A DNA stretch of 64,000 nt from an uncultured Gemmatimonadales bacterium (GTDB taxonomy: Bacteria > Gemmatimonadota > Gemmatimonadetes > Gemmatimonadales > GWC2-71-9): assembly GCA_963842945.1 (NCBI GenBank), contig CAWJIM010000024.1, positions 128,001 through 192,000 on the forward strand, in the 5' to 3' direction. The notes beneath the pieces were generated by a model. It made no database searches. It was not told where the DNA came from and was given only the letters and a program-made list of their open reading frames with translations. Shown one piece after another: positions 33,694-45,100 of the stretch. A program made the position numbers and the translations under genes. The number at the start of each line of letters is the position of its first letter. Position 1 is the first letter of the stretch.

Positions 33694-34232
33694 GCCACGC
33701 CGTTGGAAGACGAGCCTCGGTCAAAGGACGGGCGACCCTCATATGTGTATCCGCAAGTTTCCTCAACAGGGAGGTGAGCTCACGTCGGGATGGCTAGGTA
33801 AGCCGAGGAATCGTTTTGGCTGTTGTTTTGGCGTTCTCGGCGCGTTGCTGGTTTTCGCAACTCGCGGTGCCTCGGCGGAGATGAATGGGAAGCTCGATGC
33901 AACGATTTCATACGACGGCAAGGATTTTGCCGCACCGAAAGCACGGTCCTCACGAAGGACAATTCCGTCATCAATACAAAGCTCGCCCATGACACGCCAT
34001 AAGGCCCTGGTAGACAAGCATTCCTATACGCGCGCATTTGGCGGAAGTATAGCACAATAGCGCCTAAGAGCGACGATGGCGAGGTGTTGGGAAGCTCTTC
34101 AGGCGGCTTCTGAGCAAGAGCGGAAGAACGCTACGCTGTGCCGTGTTGTCGAACGCTTGGCCTGTGAGAATCTGGCGTGGAACGCCCTTCATTAGATACA
34201 TCAATAGATACATCGGAGTTTGAAGAGCCGGC

Positions 34233-35271
34233 TTACCGAGCCGGCGCTCCTGGTACGCCGAGACCGACGCGAATCACTCCTGGTGCGGCTTCCGGGCGGT
34301 CTTCGGGAAAGATCCCACTGTTAACCACGTAGACGCTCTTGTGATCTAGCGGCCCCCTGCCGAACGCCAGGCTGGTGGGAAAGTCGAACCGATCTGCCTG
34401 GTCGGTCGAGGAGACGATGTTACCCGTCTTCGAATTCACCGCGGGCAGGGGAGAGATGCCTAGCACATTCGCCAGCGGCATGACTGCGTGGAGATTGCCG
34501 CGCACGTCGGCGGCCAGTCCATCAATCACCAGCAGCTCGAAACCCTGAGCGGCGATGTTCGGCTCTCCCGGCGCGCCGTCGGTCTCGATAGGAACCCGGG
34601 CAATCAGCGCCTGGTCGGTGTTCGCGACGAAGAGAGGTCTGGGGGGAACGAACGCAATGCCGTTGGCGCCCAGAGCCGGTGATGCGGCCAGCAAGTCGTG
34701 CCGGAGCCAGAGTGCTCCCAATCCCGAGCGGGGAAAGCGCCAAATGGTCCCGTCGACCGCGTCGGTCACGTAAAGGTGGCCGCGTGCGTCGAAGGTCAGG
34801 CCGTCCGGCAGGACCATGCCTTCCGATCCCGCCAGACGCTCGGCGCGACCGTTCGGATGGATTCGTCAGACCCCGTGGGTGTCCGGATGACCGGTCGGGA
34901 GCGCGGTGTAGAGATCACCCTTGCTGTCGAATACAAGGCCGAGTGGGCCGGGACAGGATGTCGTTGGCGAGACCGTGGTCCAGAGTTACGAACACGGAGA
35001 CGCTGCCATCGAGCGGATCCGAAGGATCTGAGCAGTCCTGGTCTCGCCCTCGAGCCGCCGGTTGCTCACGAAGATGGTGCCCTGATGATCGATGGCTATC
35101 CCCTCGAGCATATCAGTGACGGGGGTGAGTTGAACAACGCTCTCGACCTGGCCCGGCGCCAGCGCGCGGCCCGTGACGTAACTGGGGGTGTCGGTACGGG
35201 CTGAGGGAGTCACTGGCGCAGGCGGTGAGGGTCGCGGCGAGGGCACACCACACGAGAGCGAAGAAGCGCAT
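34233..35271 (-). pseudogene. SMP-30/gluconolactonase-like beta-propeller, fragmented
   Basis: EGIAID, PDGLTFDARGHLYVTD, ANGIAF and DGLAAD motifs in different frames. Confidence 0.7.
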
Positions 35272-36087
35272 ACGTCCTCCGGAGGGGGTGAGGAACGTGT
35301 TGCTTACCGGCTTTCTGCTCCGGCTCTGTAAGGCGAGACGATAACGTACGGCTGGGTACCGGGACTTCAAGCAACCAGCAAGCCGACCTGCACTCAGCTG
35401 GACTAGGCTTGCCGTCTGCCGGCTGCCCTGCCTGGAGCAGCTCGCCAAGATCCGACCTAGTTACCAGGTCCGAAGTGGGACACCAGCCACAAGTCCGGTT
35501 CCAACCGATGAACGGCGCACACTAATCGTCGAGCATCGCCCGACATCGACACAAACCCGAAGCGGCACGCGACCGGCAGATGCGCCACCACCTCCTGATG
35601 GCGACCGTCGGATTCATCCGCCAGACGACGGGCAATGAGCTCGGCAGCTGGTTGAAGAGGTAAATCCAACCATCCGTCCGCCAGAGCAATGGAATGTTGT
35701 CGCCATCTGGTGTCGGCACAGCGACCCATCTAGATGCAGCAATGCCAGTCCGCCAGATCCTGAATCGGATCGGTCGCACGATGGTGTTCGACCGCGACTA
35801 CCTGACTTCCATCGGGAGAGAGAACTGCGGCGGTCCAAAAGTTGATCGAGTCGGGGTGGACACAATGAAATTGGTGTGCGTCAAGACTTGCGAGATGCCA
35901 CGATTCTTGGTGCAATCATCGCGTTTTGGGAACACTCCAGCTTGCCCGATGGTCGATCAAACTGTGCGGTTTCTACTGCCTTGACAACCTCGGTACCACA
36001 CCGTAAGTGAACACTCGGCTCTCCAGTAAATCCGTCCACGCACGCACTCGCGAAGTATGCAGGTGACTCACCACGCAGGGGCCTTTC

Positions 36088-37432
36088 ATGCGCCTGGTCA
36101 TCCTACCACTAGCAGTCGGGATTTTCATCGGGTGCAGTGGTGACGATAGCGCGTAGGCCCTGCCGCGCTGCAGCTCGTCTTTACGGTTCAGCCGAGCGGA
36201 GTCATCTCGGGTCAGGCCATCTCGCCCGCGGTTCAGGTCTCAGTCGAAGATCCTTCCGGTCATGTGATCACGAGTGATGACTCCCCGATCACTCTCGAGC
36301 TCAAATCCGGCTCCGCTGGGGCAACGCTCAGTGGAACCACGACCGCCGCCGCTAACAACGGGGTGGCTACCTTCGGTGACATCAAGATCAATCAACCGGG
36401 TGCTGACTATACCTTGAGCGCCTCCGCCCCCCGCTCGGCAACCGGCACCAGCTCAGCCTTCGAGGTAACGCCAGCTTCGGGTGTTGCAACGACGGTGGTG
36501 CCAGTGACGGTGCAGAGCCAGAGCGGCGTGGTTGGCCAGCCGATCGGCATCTCTCCAGCCGTCAGAGTTACGGATGGTGCAGGGGGTCCAGTAGCAAACG
36601 TCACCGTCACGTTCGAAGTAATCCGAGGTGGAGGGAGTGTAAGCACAGAGCAGCAGATTACCGGGACGGACGGGACCGCCAGCCTCAGTGGGTGGACGCT
36701 CGGTACGGTGGCAGGCTCCAACGCGCTGCGCGCAACGGCACTCAGGCTGCAAGGTAGTCCGGTATTGTTCACCGCCGATGCGATCGCGGGTCCGGCGGCG
36801 AAGTTGCAGTTGGATAGTGGTGACGGGCAGATCACCGTTGTGGGAACCGCCGTGGCGGAAGCGCCAGCCGTTCGGGCCAGGGATATTACCGGCAACCCTG
36901 TGATGCAGGTGCCGGTGAGCTTTCACGTCGGCTCGGAGGGGGAAACCTGGCGGGAGGAGTGCAGACGACCGACAGGGACGGGATCGCTCGGGTTGAGAGC
37001 TGGACCGTCGGAGCTCGGCCGGGGCCAAATACCCTTACCGGAAGTTCCGCCACTCGAGGGGTCACCTGTCAGTTTCAGTGCAACCGCGGCATCGGGTGCA
37101 GTAGTGGAAGTACGGAATAACTATTTCCGCAGTCTACAGAACGGCAGTGGTTCTCCCGTTGTCGAGGGTGGCGACATGTTCGGCAAGCCAGCCGTGGATA
37201 TCATCAGGCAGGGGGAGACTGTGACTTGGGTGTGGGTAGGCCACTCTCACAATGTTTCCCCGTTAATCCCTTCGACTACGACAACGAGCCGAGCGGCACC
37301 CACGACGCTCCCCACACCTTCTCGGTCACGTTTAAGTCTCCAGGCAGTTATAACTATTTGTGCACCAATCACAGTTTCGTATTGTAGGCCCTTGACCTTG
37401 CTGGCATGCGGGGCAGCATCGTGATACGCTAA
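36088..37432 (+). pseudogene. Ig-like-domain lipoprotein with a C-terminal cupredoxin, multiply frameshifted
   Basis: Ig-like repeats VRVTD..GPVANVTVTF and SGDGQ; then SHNV...YNYLCTNH...GMRGSI. Confidence 0.65.
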
Positions 37433-37545
37433 AAAGCAACCCACTCATCCAGATGAGCGGCAGGGCCACTAAATAGCCTTCTCCCCACCGACTTAGCCGG
37501 TGGCCATGTTCTCTGAAGTTGTTTAATGGAAGTTACTTCGGTGAA

Positions 37546-37618
37546 TGGAGCGGACCGGGATCGAACCGGCGACCCCCTGCTTGCAAAGCAGGTGCTCTCC
37601 CAGCTGAGCTACCGCCCC
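37546..37618 (-). tRNA. tRNA-Ala(TGC), CCA not encoded
   Basis: GGGGCGGTAGCTCAGCTGGGAGAGCACCTGCTTTGCAAGCAGGGGGTCGCCGGTTCGATCCCGGTCCGCTCCA. Confidence 0.97.
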
Positions 37619-37668
37619 GATAGTACGATCGAGCCTAGAAGTTAGCCGCCACCGCACCGCTTCCCAAG

Positions 37669-38610
37669 CTACGACGCCACACGCAGCCGGAGTCCGGTAC
37701 CCCAGGGATCCCGGGTCACCAGATCCTCCTCCTCCCGCTCTGCGGCAAATCCTGCGCCCCTGAGGCTGGCCCCCGCCGCGGACAGGTCGGCCGGATCCGG
37801 CAGCTCGATGGTCCACTCGAGGAGCTGAGCGTCATCCGGGGCGGCAGGTGTGGCTCCGGCTCCCGCCCAGGTGTTGGTACCGAGATGATGGTGATAGCCT
37901 CCGCCGGCGAGGAACAGCGCGCCGGGGTAGTGCCAGACCATCCGATCGAAGCCCAGCCCCTCCGAGTAGAAGGCAGCAGCCCGCTCCAGGTTGCCCACGT
38001 GCAGGTGCAGGTGTCCCATCGTGGTGCCGGCCGGCATGCCGCTCCACCGTTCCTCTCCCGCTGCCTCGATCAACCCGGCAAAGTCCACCGGGTCCGTCGC
38101 CATCATCAGCTCCCGGCCAATGCGCCGCCAGGTGCTCCGCGGCCGGTCGGCGTAGACCTCGATCCCCAGATTGTCCGGATCCTGGAGATACAAGGATTCG
38201 CTCACCAGATGGTCGCCGGCACCGGCCTGGGCATTGATCTCACCCAGGTGACGAACGAATCGGCCCAGCGACGGGCGGTCCGGCAGCAGAATGGCAAAGT
38301 GATAGAGACCGAGTGCGCCCCGCTTCGGTATCGCACGCGCACCCCTTCGGGCCCGGAGATGCACCAGCGGAATCTCACTTTCGTGCGGAGCCAGAGACGC
38401 CTCGGTGGTGTCCCGGTCCAGCGGCCGGAGGCCGAGCACATCCTGGTAGAAGGCTAGCGATCGGGCAAGATCGCTTACCTGCAGCCTGACGGGTCCGAGG
38501 CGGACCTGTTCCGGCAGACGAAATCCGCTGGGCGGCTCTCCATAGGTTCCCGGCGTTGCCGGCGCAGCGGTGTCAGCCTGGCCGAAGATGTCTTGTGTGG
38601 TGGCTCCCAT
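37669..38610 (-). CDS. VOC-family protein (CatE-like dioxygenase)
   Basis: GLYHFAILLP, DHLVSESLY, MGHLHLHV and GGYHHHLGTN motifs. Confidence 0.85.
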   Translation of the reverse strand: MGATTQDIFGQADTAAPATPGTYGEPPSGFRLPEQVRLGPVRLQVSDLARSLAFYQDVLGLRPLDRDTTEASLAPHESEIPLVHLRARRGARAIPKRGALGLYHFAILLPDRPSLGRFVRHLGEINAQAGAGDHLVSESLYLQDPDNLGIEVYADRPRSTWRRIGRELMMATDPVDFAGLIEAAGEERWSGMPAGTTMGHLHLHVGNLERAAAFYSEGLGFDRMVWHYPGALFLAGGGYHHHLGTNTWAGAGATPAAPDDAQLLEWTIELPDPADLSAAGASLRGAGFAAEREEEDLVTRDPWGTGLRLRVAS

Positions 38611-38754
38611 CGGTTCCTCGCTCGCCTGGGTTCTGCTCGCAATGTCGGCCCCGGTTGGTGCGGTGGCAAGACTAATGACCAAACGGCCCCTGCTCTCAGC
38701 GATCGAGAACAGGGGCCGAAGGATTTTGGGTTGGGCCGCGAATGCGGCCGGCTG

Positions 38755-40077
38755 CTACTTGGGCGTGGCGTGGAGCCCGATAACCAGGTCGGTGAAGTCC
38801 GGCTCGCCCGGCTCACCCGACTCGGATCCATCCTCGAAGTGCATGGTCCAGTCCGGGAAAGTCCCCTCGAAGGTAGCGGCGGGGGTCACCAGCGTCGGGT
38901 GTTCGCTGGTGGCAAAGCCCTGGGCGAACCGGACGATGACCTGCGAGCCGGCCTCATAAACGATCAGCTCGTCCAGCGGACCGCCGAAGATGCCGATCGA
39001 GTTGCCCACCGCCTTGGAGCAGATGTCCAGGAACATCTGATCGCCGATCGGCGGCGGGGTCACGAACCGCTGTCCGGGGATGTCGCAGTTGAGGCCCAGG
39101 ATCGTGACCTTCATGGTGGACGCGACCGGGACGTTAAAGGCGCAGTCTATGAGATTTCGTGCCGGGTTCCCCTGGACCTTGTTGACGCAGCCCTCGGCGC
39201 CGGGCGGCGGCGGGGCCACGGAAACGGTCTGGGTTGTCGAGGCGGTAGCGCCCTCGTTATCCGTGACCGTAAGAGTCACGTCGAAGCTCTGGGGAGCGGT
39301 AATCACATAGACGTGCAGCGTATTGGCCAAGTTCGAGGTGCCGGCGTCACCGAAGTCCCAGGCATACGTCGTGATGGTGCCCGGGGCTGCGTCGGTGCTG
39401 GTGCTGGTGAAGCTGCAGTTGGCTCCATTGCAATTGAAGGTGAAGCTCGCCGTCGGCGGGGTGTTGACCCCAGGAGCAGCGATGGTGATGGTCTGGGTCT
39501 TGGTGTTGCTATTTCCGTCGGCGTCACCCACCGTCAGACTGACGTTGTAGTCGCCCGGGGCGGTATAGGTGAACGCGGCGTTGGCCGTGGTCGCGTCGGG
39601 AGTGGCGTCGCCGTTGAAGTCCCAGCTCCATGTGGTGACCGCGACATCGTCGGTGCTGCTGCTGACGAAGTCGCAGGCCACGTTGATGACGCAGGCCGGC
39701 AGCGCGAAATCGGCCACCGGCGCGCCACCGGCGACGACGGTGACGGTGGTGGTGACGTTATCGCTCAGGCCCCCGGCATCCCGGACAGTAAGGGTGACGG
39801 CGTAATCCCCGGCAGCGGCAAAGGTGTAGGAGGCCGTTGCCGTAGTAGCATCAGCGGTGCCGTCGCCATTGAAATCCCAGCTCCACTCGGTCACCGCGAC
39901 ATCATCGGTGCTGGTGCTGGTGAAGCTGCAGGCCGCGCCCGCCACGCAGGAGGGTATCGCGAAGCTGGCGTTAGGCGCCGCGTTGTCCGGTGGGGTGGTG
40001 CTGCCGCCGTCATCACTACAGGCTGAGGCCAGCACCAGCATTCCGGCTACGGCAGCACGCAGAGCGATCGATCGCAT
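38755..40077 (-). CDS. Lipoprotein with three PKD domains
   Basis: Lipobox ASAC; repeated WSWDFNGDG/WDFGD...VTLTV.D. Confidence 0.85.
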   Translation of the reverse strand: MRSIALRAAVAGMLVLASACSDDGGSTTPPDNAAPNASFAIPSCVAGAACSFTSTSTDDVAVTEWSWDFNGDGTADATTATASYTFAAAGDYAVTLTVRDAGGLSDNVTTTVTVVAGGAPVADFALPACVINVACDFVSSSTDDVAVTTWSWDFNGDATPDATTANAAFTYTAPGDYNVSLTVGDADGNSNTKTQTITIAAPGVNTPPTASFTFNCNGANCSFTSTSTDAAPGTITTYAWDFGDAGTSNLANTLHVYVITAPQSFDVTLTVTDNEGATASTTQTVSVAPPPPGAEGCVNKVQGNPARNLIDCAFNVPVASTMKVTILGLNCDIPGQRFVTPPPIGDQMFLDICSKAVGNSIGIFGGPLDELIVYEAGSQVIVRFAQGFATSEHPTLVTPAATFEGTFPDWTMHFEDGSESGEPGEPDFTDLVIGLHATPK

Positions 40078-40317
40078 AGAGTTTTCCCAACCGAAGTTGC
40101 GCAAGAATTGTGAGTCAAGAATTGTAGGTCTGGAGTCCCGCCCGCATGAGCCAGAGCCGTGCCAGCGTCCGCCATCAGTTTGCCGGCTCCGGCTCTTTCG
40201 CGCAACAACTGATGGCACAAGAACCTAGCAGCTGATTCAGCGGAGCAGCATCCCTGTGCGCCTGACCCACACCTGTTGCGGGTCCGAGCGTGATTCCCAC
40301 AGGCCCGGTAGCTCCCG

Positions 40318-40911
40318 TCAGACCGGAGCCGGCTTCCGGCTGTCCCGCTTGTTCCACCCGTGGAAGGGCGACAGGTCTCCGGCGTCCCAGGCCGCGCGCA
40401 GGCCAGGCGCGCTCAGGTCCCAGTCCGGGCGGATCTCGCTCGACACCTCCCGCAGGTCGTGCCAGAGGTCGACTACCGAGGGGCGGCCCCAGAACCAGTA
40501 GCCGTTGTAGATCCGGTGGATCACCAGCCCGGGCTTGAGCACCAGGGTGTGCGGGATCATCGGATTGTTCTCGGGATCCGTGTACTCCTGGATGTCCAGG
40601 TCCCGCTGGACCATCCGCTCCGGGTCGGAGAGGAAGGTCCACTGGGCGCCGACCGATGCCCGGAACTCCTGGAGGGTGTGGTGGTCGTCCGTCGCGATCG
40701 TCACGATCTGGGTGTAGGCCACGGCGATCTTGGGGTAGAACGCGGCCAGCTCCAGATGCTGCTGGTGCTCCTTGGGGCAGTAGTGACCGCGGGCGAGGGT
40801 GAGGATCAGCGGGTCCTCGCCCTGGAGCTGGCTCAGCCGCCGGGGCGTACTGGTATGATCGGGCAGCTCGTAGTCCGGAAAGGTGGCTCCGGGCACCATG
40901 TCAGATCGCAT
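40318..40911 (-). CDS. Redoxin-domain protein
   Basis: FPDYELPD, RGHYCPKE and FLSDPER motifs. Confidence 0.8.
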   Translation of the reverse strand: MRSDMVPGATFPDYELPDHTSTPRRLSQLQGEDPLILTLARGHYCPKEHQQHLELAAFYPKIAVAYTQIVTIATDDHHTLQEFRASVGAQWTFLSDPERMVQRDLDIQEYTDPENNPMIPHTLVLKPGLVIHRIYNGYWFWGRPSVVDLWHDLREVSSEIRPDWDLSAPGLRAAWDAGDLSPFHGWNKRDSRKPAPV

Positions 40912-40958
40912 TGCTCGACTCCTTCACTCAGAGCATTCCGCAGCTGGCTCAGTTATTT

Positions 40959-41217
40959 CGGCGCTGGTGCTGCTCCTCCGGGGCGCTGTAGCACTCGTCG
41001 GTCGGAGCCCGGGGATTCCTGGCAGTCTGAAGAAACCCAACGTCCGACCCCGGTCTCCTCCCCTCGTGCTAACGCGCCCCTCCGGAGCAGTCACCATCGC
41101 CGGATACTCATAACAGTACTTCAAATCGTGGTCGGCTACCCTGTCTCTGTTAGACGTCGTCCTGCGAGTGGCGATGGGCCGCGCAGGGCGCGTTAGCACG
41201 CGGGGAGGAGACCGGGG
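40959..41217. repeat. Array of three alternating-orientation copies of a ~55-70 bp repeat
   Basis: 40959-41014 (+), 41048-41116 (-), ~41165-41217 (+). The 32-bp cores 41048-41079 and 41186-41217 are inverted at 31/32. Confidence 0.82.
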
Positions 41218-41358
41218 CTGTGTCCCTCGAAAGCAGTACGCATTTCATCCGCCCCGGGCTCCGACCTACGCGTGCTACAGCGCCCGGAGTGGCCCTCGCC
41301 ACTCGCTCACACCCGATGTGCTGCGACCGGCCTGGAATCCGTGCAGGCCTACAGTCGC

Positions 41359-42012
41359 TCAAACGGGCAGTTCGGTGCCGGCCTGCTCCGCTACCATGTA
41401 CGTGGCGTACCACGTCGGCCAGTCTGCGTCCCGCTGTCCGGTACGCTTCTCGTGCTCCCCGTGGGCGGCCTCCGCCCGCCGAAACGCGCTCGCCAGATCG
41501 CTCACCGAACCGAACGCCGTCTCCGCAGCGTCGATCCGACCCGGGAATCGGGTGGTGACCTCCTGCAGCACCCAGCCATTGCCGTCCGGGTCCTTGAACG
41601 TGGCGTACGAGCCGTAGCTCTGGTGATCGGGCGCGATGCCGCTGACCTGTCCCCCGAACGGGGCCGGACTGGCAGCGTAATGGAATACCTCGCTCACTTC
41701 GGCGCCGCGCCGCACCAGCTCGTCGCGCGCACCCTCGATGTCGGATACGACCAGGAACAATCCCTGGGCGGACCCAGGCTTGCCGTTCTTTCCGAAGTGA
41801 ATCGAGCACGGGGAGCCCGGGGGCGTGAATTGGATCGCACGGTCATTTCCGCTCCTGAAGTCGGCATCAAGCCGCCAGCCGAGCCCTCCATAAAACTCCT
41901 TCGAGCGGTCGAAATCCGAGACCGGGATGGTGATCACCTCGAGCTTGAGGTCGACCTGACCCACCTGAGCTCCGGTGGTCGAGTCCTCACGGCGGGTTGC
42001 GGTAGTGCTCAT
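41359..42012 (-). CDS. VOC/glyoxalase family protein
   Basis: IPVSDFDRSKEFY, QFTPPGS and FKDPDGNGWVLQE motifs. Confidence 0.85.
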   Translation of the reverse strand: MSTTATRREDSTTGAQVGQVDLKLEVITIPVSDFDRSKEFYGGLGWRLDADFRSGNDRAIQFTPPGSPCSIHFGKNGKPGSAQGLFLVVSDIEGARDELVRRGAEVSEVFHYAASPAPFGGQVSGIAPDHQSYGSYATFKDPDGNGWVLQEVTTRFPGRIDAAETAFGSVSDLASAFRRAEAAHGEHEKRTGQRDADWPTWYATYMVAEQAGTELPV

Positions 42013-42133
42013 AGTGCCTCCTGGGGCCGATCGGTATCTGTGCACCTCTACGAGAGAGAGAACCGCTGATTCGCCATCGATAACTCCGTTGCAATCCGGG
42101 CGACATTAGACCTAGGTATTGATGCCGAGAATG

Positions 42134-45100
42134 TTACCCCGTGCCGCGGAGCGCGCCCAGCAGCTCCAGCATCGTGGGAAGGACGAGGAGGGTCACCGCG
42201 GTGGACACGGCGAGACCTCCGATGACGGCAATGGCTAACGGACGTTGCAGCTCGGCGCCGGAACCCAGTCCCAGCGCCAGCGGAATGAGACCGACCAGAG
42301 TACAGAGCGTGGTCATGAGAATGGGCCGAAGCCGAAGGCGACCGGCCTGAACCAGCGACTCCTCCTCGCTCAGTCCGTCATGCCGGGCGCGAACTGCCGC
42401 GTCCAGCAGGAGAATCCCGTTCTTCACGATCAGGCCCACCAGCAGAATCACGCCCATGAAGCTGGAGACGTTGAACTGCACTCCGGTGAGGGTAAGCATG
42501 ATGATTGCCCCGGTGAGTCCCAGCGGCACCACCAGCACGATCGCCAGTGGCCCGCGAAAGCCGCGGAACTGGGTGACCAGCACGGCCAGGACCGCTCCGA
42601 TGGCCAGCGCGAGCACCGCCAGGAGCTCTCGGAACGACTGCTGCTGGCTGGCGTACTGACCCCCGATTTCCAGGCGGACAGCCGCGGGCAGCGAGACCTT
42701 TTCCAGTGCGGAGCGCACGTCCCGCATCACCGATCCCAAGCTCCGTCCCTCCACTCGTCCCGTGACCGCAACCAGCGGCCGCAGATTCTCTCGAAGCAAT
42801 TCGCTCGCCGACGCTGTGTCGCGGACCGTGCCGAGCTGCGACAGCGGCGCCCATTCCTGGGGGCCGACCACCGGCACCAGGTCCGCCACATCGGGACGGC
42901 TTCGCACGCTGTCGGGAAAGCGAACCCGGATGGTGATCAGCCGGTCCTGCTCGCGAGCAGTGCCGGCCTCGGTGCCGAAGAGCGCGGCCCGCGCGTCGGC
43001 CTCCACCGCGTTCGGCGTGAGACCCAGCCGGGCCACCCGAACCGGATCCAACACGATCCTCAGCTCGGAGTCCTTCCCCGGTACGCCGTTGTAGAGGTCG
43101 ACCAATCCGGGAATAGGCTCGACCGCCTGGGACACCGCCAGCGCGGCGCGCTCAGCCGCAGCCTGATCGCTGCTGAAAAGCTTGAGCTCGACCGGGGCCG
43201 GGGCACCGGCAAGATCGCCGATGATGTCCTGCAGCAGCTGCATGAATTCCACCCGGACGGCCGGGGCCTCCTGTTCGGCGGCCACTCGAACCCGGTCGAT
43301 CACCTCATACACCGAGGAGCTGCGCTGATTCCGCGGCTTGAGCCGCACGGTGAAATCGCCGCTGTTCGGAAGGGTTGCGGCAAACCCCAGCTCCAGGCCC
43401 GTCCGCCGGGTGAAGGCGGCCACATCGGGATCGCGGGCGACGATTCGTTCGATCACCTGGACCTGACGGTTGGTCTCGGCCAGGGCCCCCCCGGGAGGAG
43501 CCCAGTAATCGAGAATGAATCCGCCCTCATCCATCTGGGGGAGAAAGCCGGTGCCCATGATCCGGATGAGCCCGAGGGATCCGACCAACAGAATGGCCAT
43601 GCCCAGCAGCACCAGGCGCCGGCGGGCGAGGGCCCACTCCATCACCCTGCCGTAGCCTCCTTGCAGCCGCTCAAGATGAACGTGAGGGAGCGACCGTTCG
43701 CCGGCCGCGGTTTTCCTGCGCTGAATCCAGTCGATCGCAATCGCCGGGATCACCGTCATCGCGACGATGAACGACAGCAGCACCGCGGTGGCCAGCGCCA
43801 GCGCAAAAGACCGAAAGAAGTCACCCACCACGCCTTGCAGCAGGCCGAGCGGAGCAAACACCACCACGGTGGTCAAGGTCGATCCGGCAACGGGGCCGAA
43901 GATCTCATCGGTGCCTGCCCGGATGACGGCGGCGGGAGGCTCGCCGGGATGCGCCGCCAGCCGCCGCTCGATGTTCTCGACCACCACTACGCCATCGTCG
44001 ATGATGAGCCCGATCGCCACGGCAAGTCCGCCGAGCGACATCAGGTTGAGGGTGTCACCGGCGATCCAGAGCCCGAGCAGCGTGATCGCGACGGTGATCG
44101 GCAGGGTCAGCGCGGCGGCAACCGTGGTGCGGATTCGCCCCAGCAGCAGGAACAACACCAGGACGGCCAACGCGCCGCCGATCAGCATGGCGTCGCGTAC
44201 GCTGCGCATGGAGTCGGCAACCAGCGCCGCCTGGTCGTACACCGGCTCGAGTCGGACACCGGAAGGCAGCAGCGGGCGGATGGAGTCGATCGCCGCCTGC
44301 ACGGCCTCCTTCACCCGAAGAGTGCTTCCATTGGGTTGCCGTGCCACGTTCACCAGAGCGGCCGGCTCCCCGTTTCCGGTGACGATCTGGAACTGATCTG
44401 CGGGAGCGTAACTCACCTTGCCCAGGTCGCCCACCCGGACGACGCGAGCGCCGGTGTGGCGCACCACGATCTGGGCCACCTGCTCCGGGGTGTTGGTGAG
44501 ATCGGATACGATGATGGCGAATTGCTTGTAAGCCCGATCCACCCGTCCCGCTGCGACCGCGACGTCGGTCGTCTGGATGGCTTGGGCCACCTGCGACAAG
44601 CTGACCCGGTTGCTGATCAGTCGAGCCGGATCGAGCTGCACGCTGAGCTCGCGAACCCGGCCACCCTGGACCTGGATTTCGCCCACGTCAGGGAGGCCGG
44701 CCAGACGAGGTCGCACGGTGAACTCCGCGAGATCGCGCAGCACCAGCGGGTCAGCACCCACCAGCTCGTACTGCAGGACGGGAAACACCGACGGCGTGAG
44801 CCGTTCAGCGCTGACCTCGATCTCGGGAGGCAGGGAGGGTTGCAGCGCGGCCAATCGAGCCTGCACCTGGCTCAGCGCCAGCTGCATATCGGCCTGGGGG
44901 CGAAAATCCAGACTCAGCTCGACGGAGCCTCGGACCGTTCGTGCCCGGATCTTTCGAAGATCGAGCAGGCCGCTCATGGCCTGTTCCAGCGGTCGGGTTG
45001 CCGCGACCACCATCTCCTGAGCCTCGAACGTCCCACCGCGTCCGAGCACCACGATGCGGGGATAGGCTACCTCGGGGTAGATGGCGGCAGGCAGCGTGTA

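Larger units (their letters stand above)
31016..37589. mobile_element. Decayed genomic island integrated at tRNA-Ala
   Basis: 44-bp direct repeats, visibly lower GC, fragmented cargo, no integrase recognised. Confidence 0.8.

Noticed and set aside
39300..39980. Direct DNA repeats in the PKD gene
   Set aside because: Explained by tandem PKD domain duplication.
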